From an uncultured delta proteobacterium (GTDB taxonomy: Bacteria; Myxococcota; B64-G9), in NCBI GenBank assembly GCA_963754925.1, contig CAVWHX010000004.1:352001-416000 (forward strand): a DNA stretch of 64,000 bases, read 5' to 3'. The notes beneath the pieces are model-generated. The model was not told where the DNA came from and did not search any database. It worked only from the letters and a program-made list of their open reading frames with translations. Shown here in pieces: positions 1 to 11,249 of this stretch. Both the position numbers and the translations under genes were made by a program. Every line of letters begins with the position of its first letter. The first letter of the stretch is position 1.

Positions 1-112
1 GCTTTCTTTTCCGAGGTCCAATTCTTTCGTTTCATTGGCTGCTCTCCTTGGTCCATGCAGCCACAAATACTCTCTTAGCTCAACCCAATTTCAAATGGGG
101 GGCAGGATAATG
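1..112 (-). mobile_element. Probable left end of an IS3-family insertion sequence with start of transposase OrfA (runs off window)
   Basis: Minus strand reads TTATCCTGCCCCCCATTTG, resembling IS3/IS407-group ends. An AGGAGAG RBS follows, then ATG at 35 giving MKRKNWTSEKKA..., a typical OrfA start. Sits where the endonuclease ORF loses its expected sequence. Confidence 0.6.
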
Positions 113-398
113 TATAGACTCCACTATCCCATAAAGTACTAAATTTAATCTCCACACGCTCGTTGTTCACGAGCAAATTGGCATCACTATCACCAGTCTT
201 TTTGATAGTAAAACCAATTTCCTTGAGCCAGAATGATAGGAACTTTTCTGCTACTGAACCTTTTTTTCGTGGCGAGAGACTGCGGATCCATTCAAACGGA
301 CTTCCTACCCATATTTCTGATTTGTTCGGATACTCGCTTCTCATCTTCGAGGAGAGTTGAAATAATTTCAGGAGATCTGGATCTGTAATCTTTATCAT
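75..398 (-). pseudogene. Truncated PD-(D/E)XK type II restriction endonuclease
   Basis: SPFEWIR...KKGSVAE...DSDANL...VEIKFSTLW catalytic-type motif, adjacent to a DNA MTase. Only ~95 aa precede the putative IS junction near 110. Confidence 0.65.
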
Positions 399-1343
399 TT
401 CCCACCCCCCTTAAAATCAACTCCCCTTGAGTACTTTCTATTGCTCGTTCTACACGTACAGTTTTATTTCGTCCCCGTCTCGATTTTTCCCCAAACAATT
501 CGAGAGAACAGAATCGTTTTCTCATGACTTCGATAGCTTCGGGGTTATTGTCGATTAAGGTGCACTGCCGCCCTAGATCAAAAGCTGCTTCTCCGAAGGT
601 TCCGCTACCGGCAAAAAAGTCGAGGAGTTTATCACCTGGATTAGAGTGGACCCGAACGATGCGTCGTATGATCCCCAGTGGTTTTTGAGTTGGATAACCT
701 GTTTTCTCTTTCCCATTGGTCGGCACGATCGTATGCCACCAGCAATCGGTGGGCGTTTTCCCTCTTTTGGCTTTCTCCTCAGTGACCAGGCCCGGCGCCA
801 GATAGGGAATTCTATCCATATCTTTGTAATTGAACGTATATTTCTTAGGATCCTTCACGTACCAAAGAATATTGTCATGCTTGGTCGGCCACTTTTTCCG
901 GGAACGGGCGCCGTAGTCGTACGACCAAATAATTTCATTCATGAAGCACGCGCGTCCGAAAATCCCATCCAGCATGACCTTGGCGTAATGCACCTCCCGG
1001 TAATCGAGGTGTAAAAAGAGGCTGCCGGTCGGTTTTAAAATTCGATAAGCTTCAACCATCCGAGGTTTCAAAAAACCTATGTAGTCTGAAAATTGATCGG
1101 CATAGACTTTCTTTCCAATTTTAATCGTTTTGTAGGTATGTCCTTGGTAACCAACCCGGTCGCCTTCTTTCGAGCGTACTGTCTTAATCTGTGTTCTTGT
1201 TTGCTTCTTCTGGGTATTAAAGGAAGGTCGACGTAAATGAGATCAAAGTAATCGCTCTGCAAGGTCTTCAAAATAGGAAGATTGTCGCCTAATAAAATTT
1301 CAGGCATATAGCCGTTACCACACGTCTCCATTCTCTTGTTCAT
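292..1343 (-). CDS. Beta-class N6-A/N4-C DNA methyltransferase (one frameshift at ~1222; true stop may be near 410)
   Basis: GDNL...FDLIYVD(PPF)NT motif IV is broken by a 1-nt loss. The alternate frame continues into NEIIWSY, HDNILWY, YPTQKP and DFFAGSGT (motif I). Confidence 0.85.
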
Positions 1344-1404
1344 ACGCACTCCGCGGAATTTCAATCAACAGAGAATAAATTTATAAAAGAAAAAAGTAAA
1401 GTAG

Positions 1405-2583
1405 TCAGTGGGAAAGCGACTTGCTCAGGCGCCAGGTCAGAAGCGGCAGCGCAAGCAGGATCGATATAATCCCGCTTATCCACAACGGCATGGCGTATCC
1501 CTGAAAATCGCCGAGCCAACCATAGATGATCGCACCCACCACAAATCCGAGCATGGTGGCCATGTTGATAAAGCCGGTGTTGCCTCCCATGCGTTCGATC
1601 GAAAACAGTCGGGAAATTCCCAAGTAGAGCACAACCATCATGGTGCCGTCGCCCAACCCATGAAGCGCGCGGAACGAAACCGATAGCATAACCGGAGAAA
1701 ACACCATGCCGATCGAGCCAACGCCGGAGGCAAGCAATCCACCCAACGCAAAGCCCCGCAGGCGCTCGGGTCGATCCAACGCCCGACCCGAAAGCAGCGC
1801 CGCCATGAATATCGCGATATACTCGGCACTCATATACCAGCCTAAATCGATCATATTAAGGTGCAGGTCGCTGCGTAAAAAAGGCCCATAGCAGGTGTAT
1901 TCAGCCCCCCAGTGCGTGGTAAAGAGAAACATCCAGAAGCCGAACAGCAACACCTGCGGTTTGCCGAGATCGGCGTGGTAGTCCGAAAGCCGTATGCGCG
2001 CTACCTTCGTCGGCGTGAGCCGGTACGCCAGCGGTATCAAGAGAAGACACGCCGCGCCGGAGATGCACAGCGCCCGCTCGAAGCCCACCCCTGCGATCAC
2101 GTAACCGATGGAGACCGTCCCGATGGCCGATCCGGCGTAGCGCCAAGCCTGGTACAACCCCAGCCGGCTGCCGGTTCTCTCGCCATTGTCGGTCTTGAGC
2201 ACCTGCACATCCAGGCTGAGCCTGAGCACCGCGCCGACCAGACTCCACGCTACAAAAACCATCAGCAACCAGCCAAATTCCCGCACAGAACCAATCAAGA
2301 CAAATCCGGTCGCCTGCAATACGAGACCGATCGCAATCATGGTGCGACTGGTGATTCGATCGTTGCCAAACCCGGCCGGCAGGGAGGCCAACACTCCGGT
2401 AACGGCCTGCAGGGCAAAAAGCACCCCGATTTGGGTGCCCGAATAGTGCAGGTTCTCCTTGAAAAATATCGCCAGGTAGAACGCGCCCACCGCCGAAAAC
2501 AACATCAATACCCCGGCCACGATCGACGGCAACCAATCGGTGCGGTAAGAGGCGGCTTCTGGTGTGGCCTGCATCGGTCGCAT
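1405..2583 (-). CDS. MFS transporter
   Basis: About 12 hydrophobic segments and a motif-A-like GFGNDRITSR. Own ATG at 2583, just after the restored LonC stop. Confidence 0.8.
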   Translation of the reverse strand: MRPMQATPEAASYRTDWLPSIVAGVLMLFSAVGAFYLAIFFKENLHYSGTQIGVLFALQAVTGVLASLPAGFGNDRITSRTMIAIGLVLQATGFVLIGSVREFGWLLMVFVAWSLVGAVLRLSLDVQVLKTDNGERTGSRLGLYQAWRYAGSAIGTVSIGYVIAGVGFERALCISGAACLLLIPLAYRLTPTKVARIRLSDYHADLGKPQVLLFGFWMFLFTTHWGAEYTCYGPFLRSDLHLNMIDLGWYMSAEYIAIFMAALLSGRALDRPERLRGFALGGLLASGVGSIGMVFSPVMLSVSFRALHGLGDGTMMVVLYLGISRLFSIERMGGNTGFINMATMLGFVVGAIIYGWLGDFQGYAMPLWISGIISILLALPLLTWRLSKSLSH

Positions 2584-2596
2584 GGAAATTGACAAA

Positions 2597-5049
2597 CTAG
2601 TGATACTCGCGGAGGGTCTGGGCCATAGCGATAAGTCGATCCGACACCTTACGGTTAACGGTACCATTGGGAAAAACGCCTGACGCGTTGGGTGTCCCCG
2701 CCTGAATTCCGGTGAGAATTTCGATCCCCTCGTCGACGTTAGAGATCGCCCGATATGAAACATGTGTTCGCGGACGGCTTCGATGACCTCGGACTTAAGC
2801 ATCAGGTTAACCAGATTTGCCCGTGGAATCAGAACGCCTTGGCTGCCGTTGAGGCCGCGTCCCAAACAAAGATCAAAGAAGCCTTCGATCTTTTGGTTGA
2901 TGCCGCCAATCGGCTGGATATCACCCTGTTGGCTAACCGAGCCGGTCACGGCAATGCCCTGTTCAAGCGGAAATTCGGCTAAAGCGCTCAGGACCGCGTA
3001 GACCTCGGTCGAGGAGGCCGAGTCGCCGTCGATCTCGCCATAGCTCTGCTCGAAGCAGATACTGGCCTCCAACGCCAGGGGGTGGTTACGGCCGAAGCGG
3101 TTGCGGAGGAAACCGGTGAGGATATACACGCCCTTGTCGTGGATTTCGCCGGAAAGCCCGCTTTCACGCTCGATGTTCACCACCCCGCGCCGTCCTGGTC
3201 CAACCGACGCGGTGATCCGAGACGGTTTGCCGAATGAGTAATCACCCAGATCGAACACCGCCAAACCATTGACCTGACCGATGCGACTACCCGAGGTAGC
3301 CACCATAATAATGTCGCGCTCGATGCTCTCGCGGTACTTTTCCTCGGATAGATTGAAGCGTTTGTAGCGTTCGTTGAGCGCTACCTGGACATCGGCGGGC
3401 AGCACCCTGCGGCGGTCGGCTTTTTTTGCCCAATAGGTGGCTTCGCGGAGCAGATCGGCCACCACGCGAAAGCGGGTGCTGAGCTTTTCTTGATCCTCGA
3501 CGTCGCGCATGGCTTCCTCTACCAGTAACGCGATTGCCGGGCGGATCGGCGGGAGCAGATTTTCCTCATTGACCACCCGTGCAATAAAGGCCATGAACCG
3601 TTCGATGTTGGGGTCCGAAAAGTCCATCTCAACATCAAACTCGGCTTTTACCTTAAAGGTCTTTTTAAAGTCGTCTTCACTCAGATAGAGCGCACGGTAG
3701 AGATCATCATCTCCCAGCATGATGATCTTGACATTAAGGGGAATCGGATCGGGCTTGAGAGCCGAAGGCACCATGGCCAGTGCTCCCTCCGGCGCGCGGA
3801 CCTCAAGCTGTCCGGCCGAGAGGGTACGCTTGAGTCCTTTCCAAACGCCCTGCTCGGTCAACACATCCTCTGCGTTGACGACCAAGAAACCGCCATCCGC
3901 GCGAAGCAAAGATCCGGCGCGGATGTTCATGAAGTCTGATTCGGTTTGAAACGCGTCTTCGATCGAACGCTCGATGGTACCGAACAGCCGCACCAATGTC
4001 GGCGAGTGCTCGAAAACCACCGGGCAACCCTTACGCCGTGCGTTGCTGAGGATCACATTGACCTGAAAGGGCGCCAGCGGATCACTGGGCGGTTGCCCGC
4101 CCGAGGGTTGGCCGTCGGTGCCGTGGCGCGCGTCCTCTTCGTTCTGCCGGACCAGCTGCGGGATGCGTTCCAGCAGGGCCTCGCGCACGCCATCGATATA
4201 GTCGATCACCGCCTCTTCCTGAAATTGATCGCGGAGATCTCCAATCAAGGTGTCGATCACGGCACTACCGGTACGTCGGTCGAAGTCTTCGATCACGCCG
4301 TTCATCTCCCGCACCAAGGAGCGCGTGCGCCGCTGAATCTGCTCAAGCTCACTGCGCAGCTTTTGATGTTTGCGCTCGAGGGCCTTGTGTCGACGTTTGG
4401 TGAGCGTTCCCTTGGCGACCATTTCCTCCAAGGCGGCCATCGTCTGCGGTTCCCCGTTGATGACGGGGAGAACATCGTGCTCAACCACCGGCCCGCCCTG
4501 CATTTCGACTACCGTGAAGGAGAGATCTCTAATTTTCTCTTGAAACATTGAGACGAGCTCGTGTTCGCGTTTCTGGTATTCGGCCAGAATGCGATCACGC
4601 TCCTTCTGGCAGGCCTCGGTCGTTAACGCCCGCGGCAATTCGCGTTTAAGGTTGCCAATGAGGTTATCCACGGTCTTCTTGAGGCGTCGGCCCTGGCCCG
4701 GCGCGAGGACCAACAATTGAGCCCGATCGGTTTCTTGGAAATTGTGCACATACACGTAATCATGCAGTGGACAGCGCGGCTGCTTGAAGCTCTTTAAAAT
4801 ATGCCGGGCCGTAGTCATGCGGCCGATGCCGCTCGGCCCCGAGACGAATACGTTGTAACCCGGGCTCTCCAGGCGTAGGCCAAGCTCAAGCGCCACGATG
4901 GCGCGATCTTGACCAATGATATGCGTGCGATGACGCAGGAATGCCTTAGGCAACGGCAGGCTGCGCGGATCGATGCGACGGCGCAGTTGGTGCGGTTGGA
5001 GGGACAGTCGTTCGTGGGCGTGACTTGCTTTTGGATTCATTCGTTGCAT
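2597..5049 (-). CDS. Lon-like protease, LonC/AAA_32-S16 type (frameshift at ~2751)
   Basis: IIGQDRA, degenerate Walker A GPSGIGRMT, long coiled coil, IDGDSAS catalytic Ser, GGINQKIEGF Lys. Restoring one base gives ...FHIWAISNVDEGIEILTG...REYH* ending at 2597. Confidence 0.88.
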
Positions 5050-5055
5050 CCGTTT

Positions 5056-6105
5056 TCAGACCGTTTTTCCGAGCACCACTCGATCGAACACTTCCTTAAT
5101 ATCCATGATAGCATTAAGATCGAATTCGACGGGGTAGCGCTGGCCGTGTTGGCTCGTGACGACGCCTGCAAACTTTTTTGGCCCCTGTTGCTGCAGGCAG
5201 AACGTGTAGAGACCCTGAATCACCTTCAAATCGACCTCCAGGTGCAACCGTCCAGAAGCGGCTGATATCTTCACCCCGGTGCCCAGTTTATCGAATAATT
5301 CGCGCAGGGGGATGGGTGGGTAGCGTTCCGTGGTTGGCTCTAAGGCTTCGACCAACTCAACGATTTCGGCAGTACCGACTCTTGAGGAGAAAGGACCTAC
5401 TACGGGGACCGAATCGTTTCTCGAGAGCGTATCGATCGATAACGTTGGCTCAATGTCGGTTCCTAACGGTGGAAACGCCGCATCCGTATCATCCGTTGGC
5501 GTCAAGGTTGCGTAGATACGTTCCTCGATTGCGGCGACGAGCCGTACGAGCGCATCGAGATCGGCGGTCGGTTCGCCCGAAAGCACCAGATTGCGATCGG
5601 TTGGTGCGATGCGCCCGGTCAGCGAATGGCCGCTCACCGCGGCTACGGTCACCGTACCCGTGTTTGAGGCCAGAAGCTCTACCTCAAGCCCGTGCAGGTT
5701 GCAGCAACCGCGCAGGCGGAGAATATCGTGTTCAAGTTCCAACCTCACCCCCACGGCCGCCACCTGTTCGCGAACCCGCGCGAGCTCCTTGAGCCGTTTG
5801 TTGAGCAGCTCGACCACGAGGGAGCAAAACTGCGTTGCATTCGACATACCGGCGACGGGCAGAAGCGGCAGCGATCGTAAAAAAAGCGGCTCGGCAATTT
5901 TCACATACCCGGCAGCCGCCCCATAAATACGTAAGGCCGGTACGGGTTCACGGGTAAGCGGGTGAATGAACACCCCCCCGACCACCGGGACGATACCGAC
6001 GATACCCATGATGGGGTCGTCGAGCTCAAAGCGTTGCACCAAACCGACCAGCGATTGGCGAACGGCGCGCAGTTCAGCGCTTCCCGACCGGGGTGGCCCG
6101 TTCAA
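5056..6105 (-). CDS. Hypothetical protein (~349 aa)
   Basis: Long ORF. GGAGGT RBS before a TTG at 6105 that overlaps the queH stop (TTGA). No family recognised. Confidence 0.65.
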   Translation of the reverse strand: MNGPPRSGSAELRAVRQSLVGLVQRFELDDPIMGIVGIVPVVGGVFIHPLTREPVPALRIYGAAAGYVKIAEPLFLRSLPLLPVAGMSNATQFCSLVVELLNKRLKELARVREQVAAVGVRLELEHDILRLRGCCNLHGLEVELLASNTGTVTVAAVSGHSLTGRIAPTDRNLVLSGEPTADLDALVRLVAAIEERIYATLTPTDDTDAAFPPLGTDIEPTLSIDTLSRNDSVPVVGPFSSRVGTAEIVELVEALEPTTERYPPIPLRELFDKLGTGVKISAASGRLHLEVDLKVIQGLYTFCLQQQGPKKFAGVVTSQHGQRYPVEFDLNAIMDIKEVFDRVVLGKTV

Positions 6106-6716
6106 CCGGCACCTCCATGCTGATGCGGCGTATGCGGCTGCAGCCCCAGCCGGCGCGCCGCATGCGCTGCGGACCGGCTGAGGCCGCAGCCACAATAGGA
6201 TTGTCGGTGCAAGCCGTACTCGCGCGCCAGCACGACCACCCGGTCCGAACCGCTGCGTTTCTTGAAATCTTCAACCAGATAGCGCACGCCCAGCGCTTCT
6301 CCGACGGCGACGCCGATGCGCGCGAGTACCCGCGAGTCCTTCTGGCGGCCGGCGCTCAGACTCACCGTGAACGTCTCAATGCCACGGGCTCGGGCCTCAC
6401 AGGCGGTCGCCTCCATGCGCAACCGATAGCAGTGTTCGCAACGGATGCTGCGCTCGGGCAGGTGTCTAAATGGCGCTATTGCCGTACCCCAGGCAGCCGG
6501 CCGATACGGTCCTTCAATTAACGCAATCCTCAACTTCATGCACAAGCTCCGCATGTCCTCCAAGCGTAAGCGGTATTCTGCATACGGATGAATGTTGGGG
6601 TTATACCAGAAGACCACGGGCTCATAGCATTCCCGCAGACGCTCGATCGGCACCGTGGCACACGGCGCGCAACAAGCGTGGAGCAGTATTTTGGTGTGGC
6701 AACCCGGTGTGCTCAT
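6102..6716 (-). CDS. queH: Epoxyqueuosine reductase QueH (DUF208)
   Basis: LLHACCAPC, FWYNPNIHP, RCEHCYRLR and YCGC motifs. ATGA overlap with the upstream protease stop. Confidence 0.92.
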   Translation of the reverse strand: MSTPGCHTKILLHACCAPCATVPIERLRECYEPVVFWYNPNIHPYAEYRLRLEDMRSLCMKLRIALIEGPYRPAAWGTAIAPFRHLPERSIRCEHCYRLRMEATACEARARGIETFTVSLSAGRQKDSRVLARIGVAVGEALGVRYLVEDFKKRSGSDRVVVLAREYGLHRQSYCGCGLSRSAAHAARRLGLQPHTPHQHGGAG

Positions 6717-8009
6717 TTCACCGTGGCGGTCGGTGCGCTCGCTTGCGCCGGTGCCGCAGCGGGAGTGCGAAAACGTTCCCACGCCCGCAGGTAATAGAGA
6801 GCCGTACGTAGTTGAAAGTCGGGGAGCGCATCGAGTTTTTCGCGTTCGTCGGCGCCCGCCCCCTCGTGTTTGAGGTGCTGCTCGAGGTCGATCTCGCGGG
6901 TGATGTGCACCTCGCCTTCCTTGGCCGGAGCCTCCGGTGTAACCACCACGTCCGGCACAATCCCCTCTTCTTGAATCGAACGCATATTCGGGGTGTAGTA
7001 ACGGGCGATAGTCATCTTCAGACCTGAGCCATCCTTGAGTCCCACAACCGTTTGCACTGAGCCCTTACCAAAGGTGCGGGTCCCGAGGATCAACGCGCGC
7101 CCGTGGTCCTGTAAAGCGCCGGCAACAATCTCTGCCGCCGAGGCGCTGCCGCCGTTAACCAGGCAGACTATTGGGTAGCGCGGCTCGGTTCCCTGTTTGT
7201 GCGCGAATTCCTTATCGATCTTATCGCCCCGACCCTTGATAACGACAATGACGCCATCGTCGAGGAAACGATCCGCCACCCGCACCGCTTGATCGAGCAG
7301 GCCGCCCGGGTTGTTGCGCAAATCAATCACCAAACCCTTGAGTTCACCCCCGGCTTGTTCTAAGCGCTTTGAGCGCTTCAAGCATGTACCGCTCGGTGCG
7401 CTCTTGAAAGGAGCGGATGCGGATCACGCCGTAGCCGGAAAGCGGCATGGACTTGTCGATCGGGTTGGTATGGATGCGTTGGCGAATCAAGATAAAGTCC
7501 TTGGGAGCTTCGAATCCTTCGCGATCGATGGTGAGCACCACTTTGGTGCCCGGCACTCCCTTGATGCGACGGGTGGCTTCGACCACATCCATGTGCTTGA
7601 CCTCGGCCCCATCGATCTTAACGATCCGGTCGCCCGCCAGCACCCCGGCCCGGGCTGCCGGGGTCCCGTCCATAGGCGCCACCACCACCAAGGCATTCTC
7701 GCGAACCTCGAGCTCTACGCCCACACCACCGAATTGACCGGAGGTATCCTCTTGCATTGATTTGAACTCTTCCGGGGTCATGAACGTGGTGTGGGGGTCG
7801 AGGGTCTTCAACATTCCCCGGATCGACCCATAGAGGAGCTTCTTCGTATCAATTTTTTCGACATAGGCGTTTTGAATGTACTGCAATACCTGTGCGAAAA
7901 CATCGAGCTTGTCGTAAACCTCATCGCTTCCTGTTTGGGCATGCACACCGATAGAAAAAATCCAGACCCCACATGCCGCCATGCACGCGAACCGCCTCGG
8001 TGAAATCAT
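6713..8009 (-). CDS. ctpA: Carboxyl-terminal processing protease, S41A (frameshift ~7360)
   Basis: Signal peptide, LDPHT, PDZ GQFGGVG, DLRNNPGG, SASAAEI, TFGKGSVQ. Split across two ORFs by one indel. Confidence 0.9.
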
Positions 8010-8168
8010 GGTATGCTCCTTGCCTTCGAGATCTCTCATGGACCAAGAGATGGTTAACCTCGCTTAGCTCGGCAACAATCTCTACTATCCGTTGCATAGT
8101 AACATATCTCAATAACTCAGAGCGAATTCCAGGAAAACGTTGTCGTACGTTTTGGTTAGACGAGTTCA

Positions 8169-8198
8169 TTGACAGATTCGTCAGCAGACTAATATTAT
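8169..8198 (+). promoter_or_regulatory. Sigma70-type promoter for fadD
   Basis: TTGACA-N18-TATTAT upstream of ATG 8280. Confidence 0.55.
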
Positions 8199-8279
8199 AC
8201 ACCCATCTGGAGAGGAACGGCATGCACGCAAGGTTCTATGAAGGCGCCGTCTTCAACCATTTACGGGAAGGAATCACCT

Positions 8280-9977
8280 ATGTCCGAGCTCACGGATCGG
8301 CCTTGGTTCAAATACTGGCCCGAAGACGTTCCCAAACACCTCGACTATCCAAATATATCATTGGCCGAATTCTTTGATAGCGTCGCCACAAACAACCCCG
8401 ACAACCATGCAATCATATTTTTTGATACGATAGTCACGTATGGACAGCTCAAACGTTTTGTCGATTCCTTCGCCACCGCTCTTACCAAACTCGGCGTCAA
8501 GAAGGGCGATGTCGTTGGCCTGCGATTGCCAAATTGCATCCACTTTGTGATCGCCTACTATGCGGCACTTAAGCTAGGGGCGATAGTCACCGCCAATAAC
8601 CCGTTGTATAAAGCGGCTGAGATCGAACACCAGTTATCCGACTCGGGGGCGAAGGTCCTGGTGGTGATGGACCTGGTGTATGACGAAGCCGCCCGCGCCT
8701 TGCCTAAAACAAAAGTTGAGAAGGTCATCGGCTGCAACATCGCCGATTTCCTTCCGGGTATGAAACGCTTTCTGGGCAAGCTGTTCGGTAAGATTCCGAG
8801 CGCGCCGATACCTTCAAACACCTTGCGCTTCATGGATCTCCTGCGCACCGCGCCCAACCCGCCCACGGTTAGTATCGATCCGGCCAACGATCTGGCCCTG
8901 CTCCAATACACGGGCGGAACGACTGGTTTGCCAAAGGGCGCCATGCTCACTCACCGCAACTTGCTGGCAAATGCTTTGCAGTCTGCCGCTACCGATCCAA
9001 GGGCGAGGAAAGGAAAGGAAATAGTTGTCGGGGTCCTGCCGCTCTTTCACATCTATGCGATGACCACAGTTCTTAATCTCGCGATGGTTTATAAAAGCGC
9101 GATGCTTCTTTTCCCAAAAGTTCCGGAGTGGGCCGATCTGCTCGATAAGATTCAGCACTACCGCGCCACCATTTTTCCCGGTGTAGCAGCGCTTTACAAC
9201 GCCATCAACAATTTCGATCGCGTCAAGGAGTTTGATCTCTCCAGCATCCGCACCTGTATCTCCGGCGCCGGGCCGTTGCCGATCGAGGTCCAAGAACGCT
9301 TCGAGAAACTTTCCGGCGCCAAGCTGACCGAGGGCTACGGGCTGACGGAGGCCTCACCGATCACCCATGGCAACCCGCTGTATGGCCGCCGACAGAACGG
9401 TTCAATCGGCTTCCCCCTGGCCGATACGGACGCCAAAATCATGGACTCTGAGACCGGCACCCGCGAGTGCAAGACCAATGAAACGGGCGAATTGGTGGTC
9501 AAGGGCCCGCAGGTGATGAAGGGATATTTCCGGCAGCCTGAGGAAACCGAGCAGACTCTGCGCGATGGCTGGCTGTACACCGGCGACCTCGGCATGATGA
9601 ACGACGACGGTTACTTCATCATCGTCGATCGTAAAAAAGACCTGATCAAGCGCAGCGGTTACTCGGTCTTCCCGCGCGAGATTGAAGACTTTCTGTACAA
9701 GAACCCCCATGTGCTCGAGTGCGCCGTGATCGGCGTTCCCGATAAAGATTCCGGCGAAGAGATCAAGGCCTTCGTTGCACTCAAACCCGATTCCAAGGGA
9801 ACGGTCACCGAAAAGGAGATCATCGCCTGGGCCAAGGAAAAGATGGCCGCCTACAAGTATCCGCGCATCGTCGAGTTCGTCGACGAGATTCCCAAGGGCA
9901 CTGCCGGCAAGATCCTGCGCCGGGCACTCAAAGAGCAGGAGATGGCCAAGATTAAAAACAGTAGGCAGGCCAAATAA
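8280..9977 (+). CDS. fadD: Long-chain fatty acid-CoA ligase
   Basis: YTGGTTGLPKG, EGYGLTE, GWLYTGD, DRKKD and GKILRR adenylate-forming motifs. Confidence 0.92.
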   Translation: MSELTDRPWFKYWPEDVPKHLDYPNISLAEFFDSVATNNPDNHAIIFFDTIVTYGQLKRFVDSFATALTKLGVKKGDVVGLRLPNCIHFVIAYYAALKLGAIVTANNPLYKAAEIEHQLSDSGAKVLVVMDLVYDEAARALPKTKVEKVIGCNIADFLPGMKRFLGKLFGKIPSAPIPSNTLRFMDLLRTAPNPPTVSIDPANDLALLQYTGGTTGLPKGAMLTHRNLLANALQSAATDPRARKGKEIVVGVLPLFHIYAMTTVLNLAMVYKSAMLLFPKVPEWADLLDKIQHYRATIFPGVAALYNAINNFDRVKEFDLSSIRTCISGAGPLPIEVQERFEKLSGAKLTEGYGLTEASPITHGNPLYGRRQNGSIGFPLADTDAKIMDSETGTRECKTNETGELVVKGPQVMKGYFRQPEETEQTLRDGWLYTGDLGMMNDDGYFIIVDRKKDLIKRSGYSVFPREIEDFLYKNPHVLECAVIGVPDKDSGEEIKAFVALKPDSKGTVTEKEIIAWAKEKMAAYKYPRIVEFVDEIPKGTAGKILRRALKEQEMAKIKNSRQAK

Positions 9978-10025
9978 GTCTTCTTGGGCATTTTTCTAAG
10001 AACGAAAATACAGAGGAGACGATTA

Positions 10026-11246
10026 ATGGACCTCGAATTCCTTGCCAGTCTTGCGGTGCAAAATAATTCAAAGGTGGTACTGGTGGTGCTGGACGGCTTG
10101 GGAGATCTCCCGGGGCCGAACGGGAAGACAGCGCTGGAAGCCGCCACTATTCCCAATCTCGACCGCCTCGCTGCACAGGGCATCTGCGGTTTTCATGATC
10201 CCGTGGCGCCCGGCATCACGCCAGGCTCCGGCCCCGCCCACATCGGCCTTTTTGGGTACGACCCGCTGCGCTACACGATCGGCCGCGGGGTACTCGATAC
10301 GGCGGGGACGCCGTTTATTTTTCAAGGCGGCGATTTGGCCTCCCGGTTAAACTTCGCCACCATAAAAAAGGACGGTTCCATTGGCGACCGGCGTGCGGGG
10401 CGCATAAGCGACGCCGAGGGCAAACGGGTCACCGATAAGCTCGCGGCGGCTATCCAAGAGATCGACGGCGTACGGGTGCTTTTTCAACATGTCAAGGAGT
10501 ACCGCGCGGCGATAGTGTTTCGCGGCGCCGTACTCGATCCGAAACTCACCGATAGCGACCCGCAGAAAGAGGGGCTCAAACCCCTCCCGGTGGTGCCCAC
10601 CGAGCGTAAGCCGAGCGCTAAGGCCCAGCGCGCAGCTAAGCTTGCCAACGCCTTTATCGCCCGCGCTCAGGAAATGCTCGCCGACGAGCCCAGGGCCAAC
10701 TTTGTCATGATGCGCGGGTTTGACCTTTACGTGCCGTTGCCAAATATCTGCGATCTGTATAAGTGGCGCACCACGGCTATCGCTGCCTACCCGATGTACA
10801 AGGGTGTCTCGAGGCTTGCCGGCATGCGGGTGATCGAGGAGGGCCAGCAGACCGTCGAGGACGAGCTTGCCTTAGTCGAGCGAGAGTTGCCGAATACCGA
10901 CTTCCTCTTCCTGCACATTAAAAAAACCGACTCTGCCGGTGAGGATGGCAATTTCACCGCCAAGGTTGAGGTTATCGAGCACTTCGATCACCTGGTCCCG
11001 CGACTGACGGCGCTTGCGCCCGACGTATTGTGCGTCACCGGCGATCACTCAACTCCCTGCAGTATGAAGAGCCATTCCTTCCACCCCGTGCCCGTGTGCA
11101 TTTCGGCCAGGACCGCTCGCAGAGATCAATGCGAGGCGTTCAACGAAAGCGCATTGTTAATGGGTGGGCTCGGGCGTATCCGTAGCATGGAATTGATGCC
11201 GCTGTTACTTGCCCACGCTGGACGATTGGCCAAATTCGGGGCATAG
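10026..11246 (+). CDS. apgM: Cofactor-independent phosphoglycerate mutase (ApgM type)
   Basis: VLDGLGD, PGSGPAH, GRGVL, HIKKTD and TGDHSTP motifs; GAGGAG RBS. Confidence 0.88.
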   Translation: MDLEFLASLAVQNNSKVVLVVLDGLGDLPGPNGKTALEAATIPNLDRLAAQGICGFHDPVAPGITPGSGPAHIGLFGYDPLRYTIGRGVLDTAGTPFIFQGGDLASRLNFATIKKDGSIGDRRAGRISDAEGKRVTDKLAAAIQEIDGVRVLFQHVKEYRAAIVFRGAVLDPKLTDSDPQKEGLKPLPVVPTERKPSAKAQRAAKLANAFIARAQEMLADEPRANFVMMRGFDLYVPLPNICDLYKWRTTAIAAYPMYKGVSRLAGMRVIEEGQQTVEDELALVERELPNTDFLFLHIKKTDSAGEDGNFTAKVEVIEHFDHLVPRLTALAPDVLCVTGDHSTPCSMKSHSFHPVPVCISARTARRDQCEAFNESALLMGGLGRIRSMELMPLLLAHAGRLAKFGA

Positions 11247-11249
11247 AGA

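Noticed and set aside
1405..5049. Apparent 1214-aa Lon protease-MFS transporter fusion
   Set aside because: One missing base at ~2751. Restoring it yields a normal Lon C-terminus with a stop at 2597 and a separate MFS start at 2583.
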